64,000 bases of DNA from an archaeon. Lineage in GTDB: Archaea > Nanobdellota > Nanobdellia > Pacearchaeales > JAPDKA01. The translations under genes were made by a program, and so were the position numbers. The notes under the pieces were generated by a model. That model had not been told where the DNA came from and made no database searches. It saw only the letters and a list, made by a program, of their open reading frames with translations. This document shows, piece by piece, positions 39,245-47,043 of this stretch (within the stretch, counting starts at the first letter, position 1; each line of letters starts with the position of its first letter). The DNA lies in NCBI GenBank assembly GCA_029258825.1, contig JAPDKA010000003.1, positions 2,065 through 66,064 of the forward strand, in the 5' to 3' direction.

Positions 39245-39955
39245 TTATTCTCTAACACCAAGGTCTTTTGTTAATGCTGTTCCATTCGTTAATTTATTTA
39301 GTTTGTTGTAGAACTCTGCCTGTAATGCTGTAGGTATTGTTACAATGCAACGCAATGAGCCATCGTCAAGCCATTCTTCTTGTTGTTTGTTGTATCTAGC
39401 AAGAAAGCTGTATGCTTTTCCTGTGTATGCTGCAGGCACAATTACTTCAAGTTGCATAACCTCAAGCTTTAGTGGGAGTACTTTTTGCAATTCAGAAATT
39501 ACTCTGTTGATTTGCTCGTCAACACTCTTAAATTCATCGATTTTTATTCCCGCTTCTTTTATGGCTTTTTCAATTCTTTCTGGTGATGGTACCGTTCTCG
39601 TTACAGTATCTATTGCATTTCTTGCAAGAAAACTAATGATTTGCTTTAATTTTTCTTCTCTCAATTTTGCTCTGTATTCGGTTGGCAATTGTAATTCACC
39701 ATAAAGCAAGATTTGCTTTGCTATTTTATAAACATCGTCTGTACCAAACGCTTCCACAAGGTCTTGAGTGCTTGGCTTTAATCCTTTTTTATGATCAGTA
39801 AATATTGTTGCTATTGCCAACACATTGCTGAGTTCTAGTTTTAATTGTTCATCATCAAGCTTGTTGAGTTTTTGTTTTAGCTCTATGGCTTTGTCAAGAT
39901 CGACTAGAATTTCAAAATGCTTGCCAGCCTTCTTTATTCTGGCTATAGTCTCCAT
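39245..39955 (-). CDS. ribosome maturation factor SBDS/Sdo1
   Basis: ARIKKAGKHFEILVD, IFTD.KKG, FGTDD, GELQL, EEWLDDGS. Confidence 0.93.
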   Translation of the reverse strand: METIARIKKAGKHFEILVDLDKAIELKQKLNKLDDEQLKLELSNVLAIATIFTDHKKGLKPSTQDLVEAFGTDDVYKIAKQILLYGELQLPTEYRAKLREEKLKQIISFLARNAIDTVTRTVPSPERIEKAIKEAGIKIDEFKSVDEQINRVISELQKVLPLKLEVMQLEVIVPAAYTGKAYSFLARYNKQQEEWLDDGSLRCIVTIPTALQAEFYNKLNKLTNGTALTKDLGVRE

Positions 39956-39974
39956 AGCAAAAGCCGGCGTTTAA

Positions 39975-40688
39975 TTATTTTACATATTTTTTAATTTGAT
40001 CCTTGCTTAAACGTGTTGCTTTTTCTCCATCTTTAACCATAACAACATCAAGACGATCGATGTTAAACTCATTGCCTAGAAGTTTTTTCATTATGCTAAT
40101 GCCTAACTTGATTGCGTCATCAATGCTCATGCCTTCCTTGTAGCTTTTTCTTAACATTTCTTTAGCTTTTTCATCTTTCTCACCGATTGCTGTTGCTTTA
40201 TACGCTACGTAGTTGCCAGTAACGTCTGTAACATAAAGTTTTTTTTGCTTGTTAGGGTTTACTCCTGCAAACATTACCTCAACGCCGAATGGTCTGGCAC
40301 CACCGTATTGTGTGAATGCTTGTTTAAGATTTGCTACATCTCTAACAACTGCTTCAACATCGATAGCATCATCATAAGTAACTCTGTGTTGCTGCGCTAA
40401 CAATTGTGCACGCTCGATAAGTATGCGTGCATCGCTTAGTATGCCTGCCGCACTTGCTATGATATGATCATCTATTTCGTGCACTTTATACATACTTCCA
40501 CCTTGAATTAAGCTATCTTTAATACGTTTATCTGCAACAATTACAACACCGTCTTTGCATACAAAACCAATAGAAGTCGCGCCGAGTCGCACTGTTTTTT
40601 CAGCATACTCAACTTGCAATAGCCGCCCTTCTGGGCTAAACATTGTAGCTGCTCTATCATAACCCATCAAACCTGCTTGGATGTCCAT
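39975..40688 (-). CDS. psmA: proteasome subunit alpha
   Basis: GYDRAATMFSPEGRLLQVEYA, TQYGGARPFGV. Confidence 0.96.
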   Translation of the reverse strand: MDIQAGLMGYDRAATMFSPEGRLLQVEYAEKTVRLGATSIGFVCKDGVVIVADKRIKDSLIQGGSMYKVHEIDDHIIASAAGILSDARILIERAQLLAQQHRVTYDDAIDVEAVVRDVANLKQAFTQYGGARPFGVEVMFAGVNPNKQKKLYVTDVTGNYVAYKATAIGEKDEKAKEMLRKSYKEGMSIDDAIKLGISIMKKLLGNEFNIDRLDVVMVKDGEKATRLSKDQIKKYVK

Positions 40689-40730
40689 ACTCCTACATAA
40701 TTGAGATAGTTTTTAAATGTATCGATAATT

Positions 40731-41072
40731 TTAATATTTGAACTTCCTTTCATAATTCTTATGATCAAGCCATTCCAAAATTATTAGAAGAATAATTACA
40801 TTACTGCCTTTTATAGTATAAATTAATCTCCAAGCATTGGGAAGGTTGTATTTCCATAGATTATCAAGTTTTCCAAATCTTTTGTGATATTCTTTGGGAA
40901 TTAATCTCTTCGGAATTTGAATACCACAAAAAGGATTTTCTTCTAAATCTCCAAAAGCTCTTTCTAACCACTCTCTTAATTTTTTGTCTTCAGTTTTTGA
41001 GTTTTTTAATTTTTCAAAGGCTTTTTTAACCCGCTCATCGGCAAATACAACTTTTGACTTCATTTCTTCCAA
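40731..41072 (-). CDS. RelE/HigB-like toxin
   Basis: LEENPFCG, NLWKYNLPNAWRLIYTI, DHKNYERKF. Confidence 0.72.
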   Translation of the reverse strand: MEEMKSKVVFADERVKKAFEKLKNSKTEDKKLREWLERAFGDLEENPFCGIQIPKRLIPKEYHKRFGKLDNLWKYNLPNAWRLIYTIKGSNVIILLIILEWLDHKNYERKFKY

Positions 41073-41329
41073 AATAGATGTTTTTTCTTTAGATATCTAG
41101 CTACAGCTTCTTCATCAAAAATCCATGCAACTTTTCCTTCCTTATCAATAGCTATCTTGCCTGACTTGAGCAAATAATCGAATATTACACAAAAAGTCTG
41201 GTACATAACTTTCCTTGGAAGTTTTTCCCAAATTTTATTTTTTGTAAATTCTCCAGAGTGCTTTCTAATAAATTCTTCTACCATAAGTACAGTATCCAAT
41301 CTTGGGTAATGTAGGATTTGTGTAGGCAT
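41060..41329 (-). CDS. wHTH protein, probable antitoxin
   Basis: PRLDTVLMVE...IWEKLPRKVMYQTF..IFDYL..SGKI; overlaps the toxin start; TTATATAA repeats upstream (41353-41387). Confidence 0.7.
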   Translation of the reverse strand: MPTQILHYPRLDTVLMVEEFIRKHSGEFTKNKIWEKLPRKVMYQTFCVIFDYLLKSGKIAIDKEGKVAWIFDEEAVARYLKKKHLFWKK

Positions 41330-41448
41330 TTTAATTTTTTATTTGTTTTTAGTTATATAAATTTATATATTATATAAACTTATATAATTTATGAAATTTA
41401 AGCTTTATAAACCTTTTGTTCAAATTACTAAAATTACTAATTTAAATA

Positions 41449-44019
41449 CTAATCTATTTGTTGCATTTCTTCAAGTTCATTCAAAAATCGGTTGATTGTC
41501 TTGATTAAATGCTCTGGCTGTGTTCTGATTACGCTGCATGCTTGTTTTAACAATATATCGTCAGTAGCATCAATTGCTTCAACGCTATTAAATTGTTTTT
41601 TGAGCAATTCTGTATCTTGCTCGCTTGGCTGCTTTTTTGCTTTTCTTAACTTTCTCAATTTTTTCCATTTTTTAAACAGCAAATCGATTGCATTCGGTAA
41701 TTGTTGTTTGGTTACTCCAAGCAAGGCGCTTGCTTGTTCAAGCAAGCTTGCTATAGCATTGCTCACTTGTTTTGCTTTTTCACCAGCAACAAACACAAGT
41801 CTATATGTATTGTCAGCAATCTTATCAATGCTAACAATCTTTATCATGCCTGCTTCGCTTGTATTGCTTAAATGTGTGCCGCCGCATGCTTCTATGTCAA
41901 GATTGTCTATTTTTACAATACGCAACTCCTCAACAGGTATAGCACCACCTTGGTAAATTCTAAATCCATATTGTTTTTCAGCAGTAGGCCTGGGCAGTAT
42001 TTCTGTAGTTACATCAATAGCATCGTTAATTACCTTATTTGCGATAGCTTCAATTTGCTGTCTTTGATCATCGCTTATCTGCTTGTAATGTGTTATGTCA
42101 AGGCTTGCCTTTTCATCGCTCACAGCACTACCTGTTTGCCATACATGATTGCCAAGAACTTGCCTGCATGCATAATTAATAATGTGAACAGATGTATGAT
42201 GTTTCATAATGCTCAAACGTCTATCAGCATCAATACTGCAGTTAACTTCATCATGCTGTGTTAAACCTTCAGTAGAATTAACAAAATGCACAATAACATT
42301 ATTATATTTCTTCACATCAATAACTTTTGCTGTAGTTTTCCCATTAGAAATGATGCCTGTATCTGCAATCTGCCCGCCAGATTCTGCATAAAATGCTGTT
42401 TTGTCAAGCACAACAGCATTCAGTTTATGGTTTATTGCCACTATGCTTGCTTTGAATTGCTTAATCATCGGTTTTTCATAAAACAATATTTGTGTTGGTT
42501 CAAGTTTGATATGCTTATTGATATGCTCTAACCATTCTTGCCATTCTTGTTTTGCCTGAATTTTTTTCTTTTTTATTGTTTCAAGAAGTTCGTAAAATTC
42601 TGTTGTGTTTAACTGTATGTTGTTTTTCAAAGCATATTCTCGCAGCAATTCTGGCTGGATGCCTTTACTTTGATAAAGTTCAAGAAGTTCATTGCCAGTT
42701 ATAACAGCACTATTTTCTGCTTTTTTCTTTTCGATAACTTTAACTATTAAATTGGCAAGCTTGTTGCGTGTTTCGTTAAATTTTTTCTGTTCTATTTCAA
42801 ATAGCTCTATAAAACGGTCAAGCGTGCCTTCATTAATTTGTTTGAATTTTGCTATTAACTTTAGTTCTAGCTCGACAAGCTTATGCAGATCAATTTCAAT
42901 GTTTAGAGCATGCATGAAGTTGAAGATACGCCTGAATAAAACACGTAAATTATAACCACCGCCAGTGTTGTTGGGCAATGCATAATCGTCTATAGCTAAA
43001 ATAAGACTGCGCAAGTGATCTGCAATGCTGTAAATAGCTTGTAACGGCAGAATATGCTGTTTATATTCACTAGTGCTTATTCCTATTTTTTTTAATGCGT
43101 CGCTAAAATTAACAGTATCTAGTTCAATGCTTGACAGCTTTTTGAGGAATGATGTATAAATTTGTGAATGCTCATCATAGTTGACAAGTTTTTTCAACAG
43201 CTTTAGCGTGTTTGCATAAACAACATCATACTGTGTTAATGTTCGTTGCATTAGCCAAGTAAATCTGCCAAGCCCAGCACCCATATCAATTACTTTTTGT
43301 TTCATAACTGTAAACTGTTCTGGAGTGCCCAGAAATTCTGTAAAGACGCAATTGCCCAGCTCTAAGCCACCAACAAAATATTCTAAGCTGTAACCAAAAG
43401 CACCAGCACCAAGCCAGGCGTCCTCCTTAAATGTTATATGCTCTGGCTTTATTTTGAACACCTCTGTAAGCATTCTGTAATCAAGTTCAACAGCATTTTC
43501 CTTCCAATAACCTTGTTTACCATCATACAAGCTGTGCTGTCCTATCATTACAAAGCTTGTTGCATGCCTGCCTGTTAAGCCTACTTTATCTATGTCATTA
43601 AAACGCAAGCAAAACTGAGGTATGATTAAAGGATTGGCAGGAAACTCAAACACAGTAGCATCGTTAGTTTTGCGCTGGAATGCAACAATACTAGCAAGAG
43701 TAAAGCTCAAACCTGGAAACCACCTGCACACAACAGGATAACTAAGCAAAGCAACATGCCCATTTTTAACAAAAAAGTTCTTGATTGCTTGCCAAGTTTC
43801 AACATAATCTAGTTTGGCATTAGCATAGCTCTTATCGAGAAAAGTATAGCCAACACAGCCAGCATCATTGCAGTAATCTTGCTCAACAACACTCCAAAAA
43901 TATCTGCCGCATTTCTTACATTTTTGCCTTTTGAAGCCATGCTCAATCAAGAAATCAATCTTCCAGTAGTCTTGCCATTTTTGCTGCAGCTGCTTCAACA
44001 GTTGCAATTTCTCTTGCAT
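41449..44019 (-). CDS. alaS: alanine--tRNA ligase (archaeal type, lacking DHHA1)
   Basis: N-terminal Zn CKKC, RFNDID.VGLTGRH, GLELGN, DMGAGLGR, editing HHTSVH and ACGGTH. Confidence 0.95.
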   Translation of the reverse strand: MQEKLQLLKQLQQKWQDYWKIDFLIEHGFKRQKCKKCGRYFWSVVEQDYCNDAGCVGYTFLDKSYANAKLDYVETWQAIKNFFVKNGHVALLSYPVVCRWFPGLSFTLASIVAFQRKTNDATVFEFPANPLIIPQFCLRFNDIDKVGLTGRHATSFVMIGQHSLYDGKQGYWKENAVELDYRMLTEVFKIKPEHITFKEDAWLGAGAFGYSLEYFVGGLELGNCVFTEFLGTPEQFTVMKQKVIDMGAGLGRFTWLMQRTLTQYDVVYANTLKLLKKLVNYDEHSQIYTSFLKKLSSIELDTVNFSDALKKIGISTSEYKQHILPLQAIYSIADHLRSLILAIDDYALPNNTGGGYNLRVLFRRIFNFMHALNIEIDLHKLVELELKLIAKFKQINEGTLDRFIELFEIEQKKFNETRNKLANLIVKVIEKKKAENSAVITGNELLELYQSKGIQPELLREYALKNNIQLNTTEFYELLETIKKKKIQAKQEWQEWLEHINKHIKLEPTQILFYEKPMIKQFKASIVAINHKLNAVVLDKTAFYAESGGQIADTGIISNGKTTAKVIDVKKYNNVIVHFVNSTEGLTQHDEVNCSIDADRRLSIMKHHTSVHIINYACRQVLGNHVWQTGSAVSDEKASLDITHYKQISDDQRQQIEAIANKVINDAIDVTTEILPRPTAEKQYGFRIYQGGAIPVEELRIVKIDNLDIEACGGTHLSNTSEAGMIKIVSIDKIADNTYRLVFVAGEKAKQVSNAIASLLEQASALLGVTKQQLPNAIDLLFKKWKKLRKLRKAKKQPSEQDTELLKKQFNSVEAIDATDDILLKQACSVIRTQPEHLIKTINRFLNELEEMQQID

Positions 44020-44136
44020 AGACAAGCAAAGCACGATGGTTTTATAAATTTAATCAAAAAATAATAGTCATTTCTTAATATATTCACTTAAAAGTAACGA
44101 AAGGTTTATAAATGAAAAAGAATTAGTAATATCATA

Positions 44137-44934
44137 ATGGGAAACACATACAAAAAGAGCCTGGAGAAAATTGTGGAAGAATTAAGAATAGTAGACCAAT
44201 ATATAAAAAAAGAAAAGCCAAATCTTATAGTAGTACCTTTAAGAGGAGCTGCACCATTTATAGACATACTCAATATAATTGATGACGAGTTCCCAAATGA
44301 AATAGTTGAGTACATCATAGCATCAAGTTGCGTAAAAAAAGTGAGGGAGATCATAAAAAAATCTTTATTTAGTCTAATAGTTGATAAATTATTTGATGGT
44401 GGAAAAATAGTTTTTATTGATGAAGTTGTAAGTGGTAATTCCTTGGTAAGGATATATAAGCAATTTCATGCAGCATTGAATGAATATGCTGAAAGAAAAA
44501 TAATTAGCATTTATGGAAAAGACGTTGATATGACTAGGGAAAATATTCAAAACTATAAAGAATCGCTTATTAAAAAATTTGAAGAAAGACATATAGGATT
44601 AGTAGAAAAAAAGAAGGTAAATAAAAACAAAGAATACCTAGAACTTGTTAATGAAGGGATTGTAATCCCTTTTTATGTTCAGCGTATTCCTACAAGGGAT
44701 CAACCAAAATACAGAATAATACATTATAGAGAAAAACCTTTGGAAGAAGATAGAATAAGATATCTTCCTGAAATTGAAAAGGTGGAAGCATCTCAAGAAT
44801 ATTTAGAATTACTAAAGGATGTCGCCATGATTATCGGTAAGGACCCTGAATCTGTAAAGATAAATAATATTGAGAAAATCTTGAACGCAAACGAATGGCC
44901 TAAACTCTATGATGAATTGAAAGAGAGCGTGTAA
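44137..44934 (+). CDS. hypothetical protein, phosphoribosyltransferase-like fold
   Basis: IVVPLRGAAPF and PRPP-loop-like IVFIDEVVSGNSL. Confidence 0.6.
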   Translation: MGNTYKKSLEKIVEELRIVDQYIKKEKPNLIVVPLRGAAPFIDILNIIDDEFPNEIVEYIIASSCVKKVREIIKKSLFSLIVDKLFDGGKIVFIDEVVSGNSLVRIYKQFHAALNEYAERKIISIYGKDVDMTRENIQNYKESLIKKFEERHIGLVEKKKVNKNKEYLELVNEGIVIPFYVQRIPTRDQPKYRIIHYREKPLEEDRIRYLPEIEKVEASQEYLELLKDVAMIIGKDPESVKINNIEKILNANEWPKLYDELKESV

Positions 44935-44935
44935 A

Positions 44936-45445
44936 TTAACCACTCAATAAATTTTTACTTGATTGTAAGGTTGCTAATTGATTTAACAGGATAGAATAAG
45001 GAGTATCGGCGTCTGCTAAACCGACAAATTGTATTTCAGGCCTTGGTAATGTGCTTCCTGCTGTTTGAATATTAAGAGAAGCTAAACCAACCATTCTCTC
45101 TCCCAAACCTTGAGAGACAGCCACATCAGTTATCTTATATAAAGGAATACTCTTAATCTTTCGTGAAATAACACCTCCTTTAAAGATAACTCTTTGAGTA
45201 GTTATATAATATTCGTAAGTTTTTATTAAGGCTATATTGTATAGAAATATGATTAGTAGCAATATAACAAAACTAACTGGAACAATAATAGTCAAATTTT
45301 GGTGAACCACGAAGAACGCTATACCTATAAATAAAGTAATAAATAAAGCTGGAATTATGGAATCGAAAAACCATAAAACGAGAAGTTTGCCACTTGGACG
45401 ACCCTGATATAAAATCTTTTCATTCTTTTGTAGGGTAAATCGCAT
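44936..45445 (-). CDS. membrane protein with bacterial PH (bPH_2) domain
   Basis: Two TM helices then YYITTQRVIFKGG...IPLYKITDV...QG..ERMVG...IQTAG. Confidence 0.8.
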   Translation of the reverse strand: MRFTLQKNEKILYQGRPSGKLLVLWFFDSIIPALFITLFIGIAFFVVHQNLTIIVPVSFVILLLIIFLYNIALIKTYEYYITTQRVIFKGGVISRKIKSIPLYKITDVAVSQGLGERMVGLASLNIQTAGSTLPRPEIQFVGLADADTPYSILLNQLATLQSSKNLLSG

Positions 45446-45577
45446 AATATCAAAAATTAGCTTAAGCTTTATAAAATTAACGTGATTCTGTAGCAATAAA
45501 TACACATTTTTATTATTTTTGTCTTTGCTTCAACTAGTGAAGAAAATTTTTATAAATTCATTCTGTTTTGAAAATAA

Positions 45578-45937
45578 ATGAAAAACAAATTAGCTTTAAG
45601 TTTGATCATTCTTGTTGTTCTTATTATAGCAATCATTAGCATATTTTACCATTACCAAAACAAACAACAAGCAAACGAGCAGGAAACAAATCTGGAATGG
45701 AAGCAGCTTCCTGATGGAAGGTGGAAGCTGATAGACAAAGCATGCGCTGAAAAAGACATTCCGCAGTACTTGTGCGTAACAAACTGCTTTGACCATTCCC
45801 ATACAGAAATATGGCAACTATGCAAGGATAAAGGCAAAATAATGACAACAAACACAGGCATAGAAGTGCTCTGCTTTTCCTCTGGCTGTCTCCCAAACAT
45901 AGTCAATGGTGAATGCCAAATAATGTGCGTGTCATAA
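45578..45937 (+). CDS. membrane-anchored/secreted protein with eight cysteines
   Basis: N-terminal hydrophobic helix; 8 Cys in the C-terminal 65 aa. Confidence 0.7.
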   Translation: MKNKLALSLIILVVLIIAIISIFYHYQNKQQANEQETNLEWKQLPDGRWKLIDKACAEKDIPQYLCVTNCFDHSHTEIWQLCKDKGKIMTTNTGIEVLCFSSGCLPNIVNGECQIMCVS

Positions 45938-45982
45938 CAGAACAAGTATAGATTTTTAAAACAGAATTGAAATAAATTTTCA

Positions 45983-46393
45983 ATGAAATTATATCATGGA
46001 TCTCCAAAAAAGTTGAAAGTATTAATACCGAAAAAAGCTAAAGGGATAGAAAAATTCGAAAACCAAAAAGCAATTTTCTTGACAAAATCGTTCCTACAGG
46101 CTGCCCTTTATGCTATAGGCAAAACGCTAAAGGGAAAAACAACCTTTGCATTACCTCCCAGAAAGCTTATCATAGTAGGAAAACATAAACCAAAATCTGG
46201 CTATGTGTATGAAGTTAACGTTAAAGCAAAAAGATTGCCGTTAGGTCAATACACCTATGATAAACCAATCAAGGAATTCAAAGTTTACAAAGTAAATCCA
46301 AAAGATTTTGAAAAACACATAATTTACGTTAAAACCAAACAAGAACTGATGAAGCTCGTTGATAAAGAGAAAAAACGAGGGAGTGCGTACTAG
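45983..46393 (+). CDS. putative ADP-ribosyltransferase-fold protein
   Basis: LYHGS...LIP, IFLT...A..YA, GYVYEV arrangement typical of Arr/PARP-like small ARTs. Confidence 0.55.
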   Translation: MKLYHGSPKKLKVLIPKKAKGIEKFENQKAIFLTKSFLQAALYAIGKTLKGKTTFALPPRKLIIVGKHKPKSGYVYEVNVKAKRLPLGQYTYDKPIKEFKVYKVNPKDFEKHIIYVKTKQELMKLVDKEKKRGSAY

Positions 46394-46422
46394 GACAGTC
46401 TCTTTGTGGGGCTTGTTCATAG

Positions 46423-46530
46423 CTAGGCAAGAGAGGACATTATCACATCATATATTTTAGATAGGAGCCACAAAAAGATGAGGGTTATTGCAATAGTTAT
46501 TACAACTGCAGCAAGCTTTTTAGGGCTCAT
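46423..46530 (-). CDS. possible 35-aa single-TM microprotein
   Basis: MSPKKLAAVVITIAITLIFLWLLSKIYDVIMSSLA read manually. Confidence 0.35.
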   Translation of the reverse strand: MSPKKLAAVVITIAITLIFLWLLSKIYDVIMSSLA

Positions 46531-46630
46531 AAGATAATTAAGAATCTGTCATTTTTATACATTTATCTTGTGTCTTTATTTTGAAGTAATAGCCGAAATA
46601 CTTAAAAAGAATTAAATTTTATCAATTAAC

Positions 46631-46912
46631 ATGAACCGGGATCGAATGATGAGGGGACTGAAAAGAAGAAGAAGGAGAAATTTAGAATATCAACTGGGAG
46701 AACTGGAGAAAGAAGAGATAAGGGTGGTTGATGGTATGTATGAAGGTGTTTATTTTCCCATCATATCTGATCTTTTTGGAATAAATCTTTATGTAACATG
46801 TGGTAATTGTAGAAGAGGGTTTAGACGAAGAGTTGATAGACTTCCAAAATATCTCGTATGCCCTTATTGTGGATCTATTAACCGTTTCAGACGAATACGA
46901 AAAGTTTTCTAA
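46631..46912 (+). CDS. small Arg-rich zinc-finger protein
   Basis: CGNC...CPYC; BRE-TATA ccgaaatacttaaaaa upstream. Confidence 0.65.
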   Translation: MNRDRMMRGLKRRRRRNLEYQLGELEKEEIRVVDGMYEGVYFPIISDLFGINLYVTCGNCRRGFRRRVDRLPKYLVCPYCGSINRFRRIRKVF

Positions 46913-47043
46913 TTGGTTTTTGAGTGCTTTTTTTAGATTTTATCTAATGCTATGTTGATTTCTTTATTAATGCGTATTCCTTTATTTCAACCACCATTAT
47001 GAGGTTATTTTTCTTTCTCCATAGAAAGAAATTAGGTCAAAAA

